Below the pieces are notes generated by a model, which did not search any database, was not told the DNA's origin, and saw only the letters and a program-made list of their open reading frames with translations. The position numbers and the translations under genes were made by a program. From NCBI GenBank assembly GCA_951406725.2, contig OX597818.1, positions 76,880,001 to 76,944,000 on the forward strand: DNA of 64,000 nt, read 5' to 3'. Below are positions 53,188 to 64,000 of this stretch, piece by piece. How positions within the stretch are numbered: position 1 is the stretch's first letter; every line of letters starts with the position of its first letter. This DNA is from Octopus vulgaris (Eukaryota).

Positions 53188-55092
53188 TGCTGGGTTTCAA
53201 CAGTTTCTGTCAACAGAATTAACTCATTTTTAGGATTAGAGTTATAGAGGAAGACGCTAGCCCCAGAAAACTTGCCATGAAACAGAGCCCATAATCACAT
53301 GGTTCTAAAGTGGTTATCTTATCCATATATCCAAACCTCTCCCTATGAAATAATTTAGTAAACATTTTGATAGAAATTACACAAAACATATTAAATACTT
53401 TGAGAGACCAAAATCAAGTTCCTAGCTATTACTTATAATTCTGCTTAGCTTTACAATTTCATAACTTCATCTTTCATCCCTTGTAAATATGTACATATAC
53501 ATACATATACACTACTCACACATATGCATAATCCCCTTTGAAAAATAAATGAAAATAGGCTTCCTGAATGATAATCCTCTTTGTAAATGCTTACTAATAA
53601 GTAGTAATTCTAGTTTTCAAAAAAAAAGCTTCCTTCATTATCAGGTTCAGTGAACTTAATAAAACAACTGCAGAGGTCTTTAAACAGCTGCATATTCATA
53701 GATATCTAGAGAGTATACTTAAAACCCCCTGGAGGCAGGAATACAAATATTGCTCTGCTTAAAGAGTATGAAACAAAAATCCAAAGGTATTTTTATCCTT
53801 AATTAAATGTTAATTACAATACAAAATCCATCAATATTTGATGGATTAACATTTTTCGTTATGAATTTCATTTAAATTTTACTTAATCCTTTTGGAATGA
53901 GGTCTCACACATACTTTTGCTCAAACATTGGATAGAAAGGGAAGATGGTTTAACATTTTAAATATAATTTAAATCATATGGAATTAATCCTAACATATAA
54001 CTTTGCTAAAATATATTGATCGGCATAAGTATGGCTGTGTGCTAAGAAGTTTGCTTCTCAGCCACATGGTCCCAGATTCAAATCCCCCTCCCCACCATGT
54101 GGTACTTTGGGCTCACCAAAGCCTTGCAAGTGGATTTGATAGACAGAAACCAAAAGAAGCCCGTCACTTGTGTGTGTGTGTGTGTGTCTTTGTTTCTGCT
54201 TGCCTCCCACCACTGCTTGACAACCAGCAGTTTGGCAAAACAGACTGAGAGAAATAAGTACCAGGCTTAAAAAGAAAATAAGTACTGAGGTCAATTAGTT
54301 TGACAAAAAATTCTTCAAGGCATTGCCTAATAACTGAAACAAGATAAAAGATAGGAAAAACAATGAATATTATTTAAATTTAATCAGTGTTAGTAAAAGT
54401 GAGGCAAAAGCACCAACCCACCAGTGAGTGGGTAATAATATTTTGGTGCAATGAGGGTCATTTCAAGATAAGACATAAGCTACAAGTGGATAAAACTTGC
54501 AATAAAATCTTAAGACTTCTACCCAGCCAAAATCCCTGTTCTTCTGTCCCTACTCAATTCTACTCACTCCATACCTTAAGGAACCATCCTGGCATCTCAT
54601 TCCCACTAAATTTATCTCTTTCCAGCTCTACTCTGCTTACTACCATCTTTATGGCAAGAAATCTGTTCTGTTCTGGCCGCTCTTCTGATACTTTAACCCC
54701 TTATATATTTACAGGACCATCTCCCTCACTACTATAGTCCCACACAGTTGAAGTGAATCTTAGTCTTGCAAAGTTTGTGGTGACCTCATCATGCTGTTGC
54801 TTAGAAAGATGCACTCAGTACATCTTATAAAGTGATCAGTATTAAGAAGGGCAATCAGCTGTAGCAAAAGCAGACACTGGAGCATGATGTAGTTTTTGGA
54901 CCCGTCGGATTTTGTGAAGCTGCTTAACCCATGCAAGCATGGAACATGGACATTAAATGAGGGAATTGATAACTTCTTTTGAATATAGACATGCTGTATA
55001 CTAACTTTGTCTTTTCATGGTGAGACACGTTTTTTTTTTTTTTAATTAAAGTGAAGTATGGGGCCAAAAAGATTGACAAGCACTGATCTTAA

Positions 55093-55312
55093 CCCTTTAA
55101 CATTCAAGGTTCTTTGTCAAATGTAATACTTATTTATTCACATCATTTTTGATTAATCATGCATTATCATGTAGCTTCAAGATTTTGATGGTGTATTTAT
55201 ATGTTTTTCGAATGACATTGTAGGATTGGTATGAGAAGTTAGATCTGGTCAGTTTTAATATAAAACAGGTAGAATATTTGGGCAGCATATGGCCAAATTA
55301 AATGCTAAAGGG
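55093..55312. mobile_element. piggyBac-like MITE with TTAA TSD
   Basis: TTAA|CCCTTTAACATT ... AATGCTAAAGGG|TTAA (TIR 11 of 12). Confidence 0.8.
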
Positions 55313-58300
55313 TTAATCTTTACGGAATTAGATCTCATATATAGTCTTGCTAAAACATTGGATATGAAACCATAACAACAACAAAGAAAAGAGAGTAATA
55401 AGTATTTCATGAAATCCATTTATAAAACCAATCAATATATCTTAAGAATTACTTCAGATTCAACAGAAATGGTATCAGAACCATTGACATTTTCAAGCCA
55501 TTCTCAATACTAGCCATATCATCAGACAAATAAAAATATTTCACTTCTATTCATAGACAATCTACTTCCTCTAGTCTAGAATTTAATTTCAATTACTGAC
55601 AAATGACATAAAATCTCAGATGTATGAAGAAACAGGAATGAGATTAGATGATATCTAAGCTTTTCCCAGAGATAAAAATTTGTTTAATGATCACCCACAA
55701 GCAAATATGGCTTGGTAGCTTGTGCCATGCTTTCATTATTTGTTTGCAGTTTTAGGTACAAATATAGTCACAAGCAGACATAAACCCTCTCTCAGCCCTC
55801 TCAAGCTTGACCTAGCAGAATGTCAAAGGTTTCATAACTTAAGAGAGTGAGAAAAGGCTGCACCAGCACAAGGTTAGTAATTCATTTATAACTGAGTAGA
55901 CTGGGGCAACATGAAACAAAGTTCCATGCTCAAGAATGCAACATACACCCTGGTCCAGGAATTGATCCCACAACCTTACACCATGAACCCAAAACCCTAA
56001 TTACAAGGCCGCATACCTACATACTTCCTAGAGATATCAGAAATATAAAATGAAATAACAACCACCAGGAATCAAAATCAAGTAACAAGACTCACAAGAT
56101 TCTCTGTTCTACAGTCTTTTTTCTTCAAGGTTTACACATCAAACATAGCCCCACAGTCTTGAATATCGTTTTGAATAGAAACTATTAGAAAGGTATGGCT
56201 GTGTGGTAAGAAGTTTGTTTCCAGACCACTTGGTTCTGGATTCAGTCCCACTGCATGACACTTAAGGCAAATGTCTTCTACTATAGCCTTGGGCCAACCA
56301 AAGCCTTGTGAATGGATTTGGTAGATGGAAACTGAAACAGCCCATCATATATATATATTTGTGTGTGTGCATGTGTGTTTGTGTCTGTCCCCCCACCACC
56401 ACTTGACAACTGGTGTTGAGATGTTTACACCCCCATAACTTAGTATTTCAGTAAAAGAGACCAATAGCCCATCATAAATATATTTGTGTGTGTGTGTGTG
56501 TGTGTGTCTATCCTCCACCACCACTTGACAACTGGGGTTGGGGTGTTTACATCCCTATAGCATTAGTACCAGGCTTTAAAGAAAAATAAGTACTACAGTC
56601 AATTCGTTTGACTAAAAATTCTTCAAAGTGGTGCCCCAGCATGGCCGCAGTCTAATGACTAAAACAAGTAAATGATAAATGATAAAAATAAAAGATACCA
56701 ACAAGAGGAAAGGTAAAGCTGATCTTGACTAGATTTGAACCAAGAGAGCAGAAGGTTGGAACAAACACTAGGAGGCCTTCTATCCAAGACTATCTTGACT
56801 GCTAATTTGCTGCTTTAGCACTTTTTTACCATCTTTCTCTTGAAATACACAGCCTTTGTTCCAATTAATTCGGAAAAGGATCTTTTTTTTCTTTTACTTG
56901 TTTCAGTCATTAGACAATGGCCATGCTGGGTACTGCCTTGAATAATTTTTAGTTAAATAAATCAACCCCAGTATTTTTTTTTTTTAAGCATGGTACTTAT
57001 TTTAAGCTCTTTTACCAAACCGCTAAGTCAACACACCAAAGTCAAACAGCAGTGAGGGACAAACACAAACACATATGTATATTTCAGTTTCCATCTATCA
57101 AATCCACTCACAAGGCTTTGGTCAGCTCGAGGCTATAGTAGAAGACATTTCCCTAAAGTTCCCATGCAGTGGGATTGAACCCAGAACCATGTGGTCTGGA
57201 AGCAAATTTCTTACCTGCACCTATATATCAGAATTTGTTTAAAATAACTTTTGTTGTTATTAAGCTGTTACTTATGAGAAGTTTTAATTCAGATTACTTT
57301 AAAAAAGAATGTTTTTATCATAGAATCAGGGGTAGACTCAAGTGGGTAGATATCCAAAGGGTTATATAAAAAATGCAAGAAAACTAGGTCAAGTTATTTG
57401 CATATAAGTTTATTACAATCATTAAAATAGCCGTGACTATGAATATTCAGCTGATTAATTATTTAGTTAATACTGGTGGATGGATGGATAGCAGAATACT
57501 CCCCAATTTACCAACATGAAATATATTCCCACAAGGAATCACTCTAATTGACTGCTTGAAATAACAGCCAAACATCCCTTAAATCAGACCTATCATCAAA
57601 AAGAAAAAAAAAACTGTGTGAAAGATTCACAGGTCAATGCAGTCCCAGATATACAGGCTTGTCATGACTGAAACATCTTTTATCAAGATTTACTCAGGGC
57701 TAATGAGCAGCAACAACTATAAGAAGCTGCTGAAATTAAACCAGAATCTTGAAGTGTTCCTAGGTTATTTGTTTTGTTTTTGTTTTTTCTGCTTATCAAA
57801 TTACAATTACTTTATTTCATTTATCAAAAAAGATCATGATTCTATAAAAGTAAATTTTTAAAATGGTAAAAAAAGAAAAAGAACTCTTAATTGTATAAAA
57901 ATGTATTTCTCTCATTCTTCTAAAGTTTGCTGGGTGTTTTTTTGTTTACTTATCTTAAGTACACATATTTCTCTTAAGAAAATTTATGTCAGTTTTTTTT
58001 TTTTTTTTATAAAAACTTCATTGATTATTTCTATGAAATCAATACTCCATGGGAAATTAATTGTAACATAATAATTGATATCATACATTAGTCACACATA
58101 CCTAACAGCTGTTTATCCTTGTGTGCAGGTGTATGTGTGTGCATGTATATGAGTGTGTATGTGCCTATGTGTACATATATGCATGTGTAGAGTACTGTGT
58201 TTAATATTCTATATTCCCTAAGTTATGACAACAAAAATTAGTTGTAAAAGTAGCACTGATTTCTTTTCATTGAGCACAAAGCCATTTCTACAGTACAGAA

Positions 58301-59609
58301 TGGCAGTACAATATAATTAATAAATCAAACTGCTTATTACTAGTAATTATTTAATAAAATTTGAAGGCTGACTGATTAAGGGCATCAATATTCATTTCCC
58401 CATGTTAGATATGAGATTGATAAATCTGTAACCTAATAATATGTAGTCATTGATTCTCAACCAATTAATCTTGTGAGCAGAATTAAAGTTCTTGATCTGA
58501 CATAATTAATTCCTCTCAGTTACTTCTTGGTTTGTCTCTCCCATAGAAACCTACCATAATTATTTCACCCAATATTTATCACCTATTCTCATTACATGTA
58601 AAGGCACAGTATGACTGAATGGTTAACAAGTTTGCTTTGCAATCTCAAGGTCCCCGGTTTGATCTATGTGGCAGGTGGAGCAAATATCATTTTCTATAGC
58701 CTGGAGTTGACCTAGTGAAACTGGGTAGATGAAAGTTGCTGGATTGTACCTATAATTGTACCTGTCAGATGGATTGTACCCATAATTCAAAGATACACCT
58801 TGTCATACACACTATATGCTAATTCTGCCTGGGAATTACATTAAAGGTACACATGTCTGTGGAATATTTAGCCATTTATATAGTACTATGCTAATTCAGT
58901 TGAATCCTCATTGCCATAGCTAACAGAGAACCGTCCTTATTATATCCCTTATTACTATCGTTTCTAAACACACCAACCATTTTTTTTCAGCTCAGAAATT
59001 CTGTCAACACCCTAGCTCACTTAGCCATCAAATGCAACATTATCTAATAGCTTACACTACACTGCTGTTAATTGTTTTAGGTACCTGTGTAGTTGTGAGC
59101 AGACATAGGCACTCTCTTGGCCCTTTCACCCTTGCTGCAGTAAAAGCATCAAGGATGTGACTATTAGAGGGAAGGAGAGTTGTGCTTGCTGTCAGCTGGT
59201 ATTCATTTACAAGTAAGCATACAACAGGAAAGACTGCAACAACACAAAACAAAGTGCCTTGCTCAAGAGCAGAACATTCTACCTGGTCTGGGAATCAAAT
59301 CTGTGCCCTTATGATTGTGAGCCCAATGCCTTCACTCACATATCAAATTTCTAAATCCAAGTCTCTATTTGGTTTGTTTTTAGTTTAGCAACATCAGAGA
59401 GAGAGAGAGTAAAAGTTAGTGAAAGAATGAGAGATTCTTTGTCACCATTAAAAGAAACAGCTATTTCAACTTCTAGTCCATTCTTAAATAGAGGTATGGT
59501 ATCTACATACAGAGCTACTTTCAGTCCAAGTTATTTTACAAAAACAATTTACTAGCAACATTAACACAGACTGCCATTTCCTAACAACATGAACATTGTG
59601 TCATTTAAA

Positions 59610-59830
59610 CAATTCATAGACTTCTTGGTGGTCTACAATAGAAACTATCCACTATGCTTATAAAATCAAAAACAATGCAAAACCCATGACTTGAAGAAAC
59701 GTTTTTTCATGCTCAGCTCAGAACTGTCAAAGAATGGAATAAACTATCCATATCAGATGCAAGCTATGAAGAAACTGCATCCTTCAAAAGGCCCATGCTT
59801 CCCAAAATTTGCCAACACAACTCTTGATAT
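59610..59830 (+). mobile_element. CR1/L2-like LINE 3' remnant
   Basis: Frameshifted HRLLGGL..AYKIK..HDLKKRFF..RTVKEWNKL, resembling the CR1-clade C-terminal RGDL..F..RV...WN.LP motif. Confidence 0.55.
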
Positions 59831-60657
59831 ACTTATGCACCTTTTCCTCTTGATGGCTTCTTTACTGTTCACTTTTGTCTTTTGTGTTTTATTCTGTGTA
59901 CTGAGCATGTACTTCTGACTTTCATTACTGTCGTTCTTTACTTGACTTATGTTATCCACTTTCTGACCCTCTTTTAACCTTTTTCTAATGTGCTGTAGTG
60001 CACTGAGCCCTGAATACAATAAGCTCATTATTATTATTTATTATATCATTACACATCTTGTAAATTTAAACTTCTGCTTTGTTGATCAAGTTCTCATTGC
60101 ACTCTTTTTGTACCCACACCTTCATTTCCCACCTGCTTCTCCATATATTAAGCAAGACTACTTCCAAGATTATCATGGATTTGTATTCTCTCAATTACAG
60201 ACTTTTATACTGTATTATAAGCCATGTTCAGATTTTTTTTACTAAGCATCACGTAAAACTACAGTCTTTCAGCCTAATACTGCAATGAGAATCAAATTAT
60301 TGACCCAAATATAACTAGTCTCAAGAGCATGCTCAAATAACCTGAATTCATATAAAGGAAGAAATAAAGCAGAAATCTGGTTTTCAAGCAGCACACAAAA
60401 GCACCCAGCACACTGTAAAATTGTTGTTATTAGGAAGGGCATCCCCCCTCGTATACAAGTTACAAATATTTTATTCACTGAAAAAAGAACTTTACGAAAG
60501 TAAAGAGTAAAAGCAAAATGGTTTTAAAAGATTAAAACAGAAAATGAGATCACGAAATAAAATAAAAAGCCTTACACACTTCCTCAATTATACATCTCGC
60601 CAGGAGACACTGGAGAAAATATGCAAGAGAATGCATACGTAGGGGTACTGAAATAAA

Positions 60658-60851
60658 CCCTTTCGTTACCCTATTCCTGTTGAAATACACTGTCTTTGTT
60701 TCAATAAATTTCAAAAATAATGAAGATAAGCTGATGCATCGAACATAAATTAAGATATTTAAATGAGAAATTTTAATTTAAATTACTTTAAAATAGGAAG
60801 TTTGTATCATAAAAGGAAGGGCAGTATCGCGCGAGTCGGTATCAAAAGAGT
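60658..60851. mobile_element. TTAA-type MITE (decayed)
   Basis: Ends CCCTTTCGTTACC / GGTATCAAAAGAG. Same family as the outer part of 18660-19026. Confidence 0.55.
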
Positions 60852-61139
60852 AAATATTATCTTGTCAAATGAGAAGGATGTCATATCAAATAAACCAAAA
60901 CACTAAACAGTGGTTGTAAATTGTTAGGAAATGGTAAGTTGTTGCTTCGCTCTACAATAAAAGCTGATACAAAAAACACTTTGGTAATTTAAGAAGAATG
61001 AGTGGATTATTAGGGCGTACACATTACTGTTTTGTACCAAACCAGGGCTGTTTTGAACAAAAATAAAATAGGGTAAATATAAATAAACGAGAGGGAAACA
61101 CTTGTTAATTTAATAATTTGTGGATTTAATAATTCTTGT

Positions 61140-61350
61140 GCATAGTTTCACGTGTTGCTTTCTAAATTTATACTTATACAACTCTAATTAGGTGTAATTA
61201 ATTGGGTATTAACACATAAAGCGCGACGGATCACGATCGTAACCGTCAGGCACAGGTCAAGTCACGATCGTGGCCCAGATAGATCCATTTAATTTATGGG
61301 CGTTTGTTGGGGGTCTAATGTCACACGAACGCTCCGATACCCGCCAGAAT
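61140..61350. promoter_or_regulatory. CpG-rich unique segment, candidate promoter/enhancer upstream of HSL
   Basis: Locally dense CpG, a duplicated TCACGATCGT (61231, 61262), AGGTCA at 61254 and an E-box CACGTG at 61149. Confidence 0.3.
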
Positions 61351-62004
61351 GCAAAAGGACTAATAGTTCAACTAATGACTTTTCAGATTATGTAAAACTT
61401 GCCCCCCATTATATACTAAGAAGATATTTTGGTTAATATAGGGTTGTCACGCCCTATATTAACCGATATTTTAACTATTTTTTGTTTTGTTTTTTTTTTT
61501 GTGTGCATTCTCATAAAATGTGCTCAGCAGACCATAAGCTTGGTTATATATTACATCGACTATTTCACTAAGTATGAAACACAAGATGAAAAGTTGTACC
61601 AACAAACAGAGCGTAAAAGTCTGAGTCACTACCACCGTCAGAATGGTATGTTCTGAACTAAACGAAAATGGGAAATTAAAATTTAAGTTTTTTGTTTATT
61701 TATTTATTTATTCGGTTTTCTTTTAACAAACCGAGGTTGTATGATACATTTGTCAAGTGAATGAGCCGTTTACATACATAATTGACATTTTATCAAAATA
61801 AATAGCTTGATATTTTCTTGTTCATACATAAATATCTTTGTATAATTGAAAACAAGAATGATGATCGCATATTTGAGAGACGAACCAAACATTTGTTATG
61901 ATGAATGTATTTTTATTTCCCTATTCTGTCCGAGGTTTTACGATTCCGAAGTGATATAAAACAAAAATAAACTTCTTCGGATAAATATAAGCGATAGAAA
62001 ATGG

Positions 62005-62735
62005 GGAGTACCGACACAAGTATGTTCCCACCCCACCCGACTTTGTTCCGCATAACTTCCAGAAAAATGGATATTTTTAAAATTAAGTTTTCTACAAATA
62101 CGCTTCAGATCATGTAAATGTCAATTATATCGGAATTTGTGAAGACTTTTTGCCAAGGGTGGGGTGAAGAGCTCCGGAAAATTCATACGAGCCGGCTTTG
62201 TTTCCTCATATCTTTCAGAAAAACTGGTATTTTATTTTTTTTATGAAAATTTCTACAACTGCCTTTTAGAGTGTGTAGGTTACGATTATATCGAGATATG
62301 ATATGAAAAAAATAAATCTGGTGGGTTCGAATACATACATACTGACACACATCACAATTTCTAAATTGCAAGTTTTATTTTGTAGATACGTGATGTGTCA
62401 GTATGTATCTGTACGAACCCACCATTTTCATTATTATCATTATTATTAAATTCTGATATAATCGCCATCTACACACTTTAAAAGGCAGTTGAAGAAAATT
62501 TCATTAAAAATTGCCCATTTTTCTGAAAGTTATGAGGAAACAAACCGACTCACGTGAATTTTCCGAAACTCCTCACCCTAAATTCGGAAAATTGATTTTT
62601 CACCACAAATTCCGATATAATCGGAACCTACACCATCTGATGTGTATTTGTAGAAAATTTCATTAAAAAAATATCCATTTTTTCTGGAAGTTTTGAGGCA
62701 ACAAAGTTGGGTCCACACATGTATAGGTATACCGA
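62005..62735. mobile_element. ~730-bp foldback element (non-autonomous DNA-transposon-like)
   Basis: Paired arms, e.g. AACTTCCAGAAAAATGGATATTTTT/AAAAATATCCATTTTTTCTGGAAGTT, ATTATATCGGAATTTGTG/CACAAATTCCGATATAAT and TACATACTGACACA/TGTGTCAGTATGTA. Centre near 62370. Confidence 0.8.
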
Positions 62736-63485
62736 AAATGGGAGTTGTGGAATGCATACTTTGAATTATTTTAGACACAACCATAAGCGAAATAGTTACA
62801 GTTGAAAATTGAGACCCGATCGGCGACTTAATGTAAATAGAACTTCAACGTTTCGTTGCTGATCACAAAATTATTACTTATCATAAAAGAAAGAAATCGG
62901 ACACAAGATCACAAGCATTAAAGACACAGCATTAAAATGACTCTACTGCTTTATGACTGATTCGAACTCAGAACAGTGGGATAACTAACTAGATCGTCCA
63001 CAATTACCCTAAATTTGCTCCAAAGCATTGACGGTATCTTTAATTTTGACGCCCGTCTGTTTAACCTAAATCTCAGATGTCAAAATATTAGAAAAAAAGT
63101 CAGAAGATAAACAAGCGGTGAAGATGTTTCTGCGTGGATGACATCACTTGCATGATCGTAACCTGAGATGGGACACACACGCTTGAGAGAAGCTTCAATG
63201 TGATTGTTCGCCATACTAGAAATAATAACTAGATTTCCAGAAAATCACGCCTAATATCTAAATAAATGTTATTTATCCAAAAATAAACTAAAAAGTGATT
63301 CATGGTACTTGAAAAAAAATGGTAGAATTACGACAGGAATGCTTCTGATCACAAGTCAACTTAATCAGAGCAGACCTAGTGCATAGTAGATGGAATGGAA
63401 CTTGAAGAGATCCTATTGCCGTACGCCACAAAATCGGTGATCATTATGTGTATACAGGTTTGTATGCTTCTCAGTGTAGAAGTAA

Positions 63486-63546
<61 letters not shown>

Positions 63547-64000
63547 TTTGTGCGTGTGTGTGTGTGTATTTAATATGTGTATGCTGCTCTGCCGTTCCTG
63601 TTATATATATAATTCATGTTATCGGATTAGAAATATAAAACTCGATATTTACTCCCATACCCATCACATATTTTGTTGTGTATCTAACTGCAAACAAGTT
63701 GGCACCTGACTGAAATTACCATGGCACCATATCTAATTCTTTGATTTTAAATACATATAAAGTACAAGGGCCACTTTAAAGAGACTTTTGCAAAGACCAC
63801 AGTTATTTCTTTTAAAGCATTAATGATGTTGTTTATGTTGCCAAATCTTCGTGATTGTGACAAGGAAAGAAATATAGACAAAAGATTTTAAAAGAAAGAA
63901 GGTGGAAAAAAATCAATTGTTCTACCTGTGGTTCGATCCCTTTGTTGATATGTTCGCAGAGTAATGAAAAAGCTACTTGAAGTCGTGCATGATAGCTCTG

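Noticed and set aside
59753-60028. Candidate upstream HSL exon (91-aa ORF with a plausible acceptor)
   Set aside because: No resemblance to the HSL N-terminus, and it overlaps a LINE remnant on the other strand.

Overview
AT-rich, microsatellite-rich eukaryotic DNA. The SINE families suggest a coleoid cephalopod, probably Octopus (inference from repeat types). One host gene is recognisable: hormone-sensitive lipase (LIPE/HSL) on the minus strand. Four phase-0 coding exons (43978-43604, 35166-35011, 34342-34265, 740-552) splice via GT-AG into 266 contiguous aa of the HSL N-terminal domain. Its start exon was not found, and the catalytic exons must lie left of the window. The introns (8.4 kb, 0.67 kb, 33.5 kb) and the upstream region are packed with mobile DNA: three tRNA-derived SINE types, a decayed mariner, a decayed Mutator (MULE) with TIRs and TSD, Helitrons (one tandem dimer, one internally deleted element), R4/Dong-, RTE-, CR1- and Penelope-like fragments, TTAA MITEs, foldbacks, a 37-bp minisatellite and a telomere-like tract. 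The most notable non-coding signal is a set of five hammerhead-ribozyme-like motifs, one in the loop of a ~400-bp element with ~100-bp terminal inverted repeats and in the sense orientation of the HSL pre-mRNA. Also notable are a recent inverted templated duplication and a CpG transition near 60.5 kb that may mark the gene's 5' end. Most ORFs in the supplied track are microsatellite or SINE artefacts. All structures were read by eye and none was computed.
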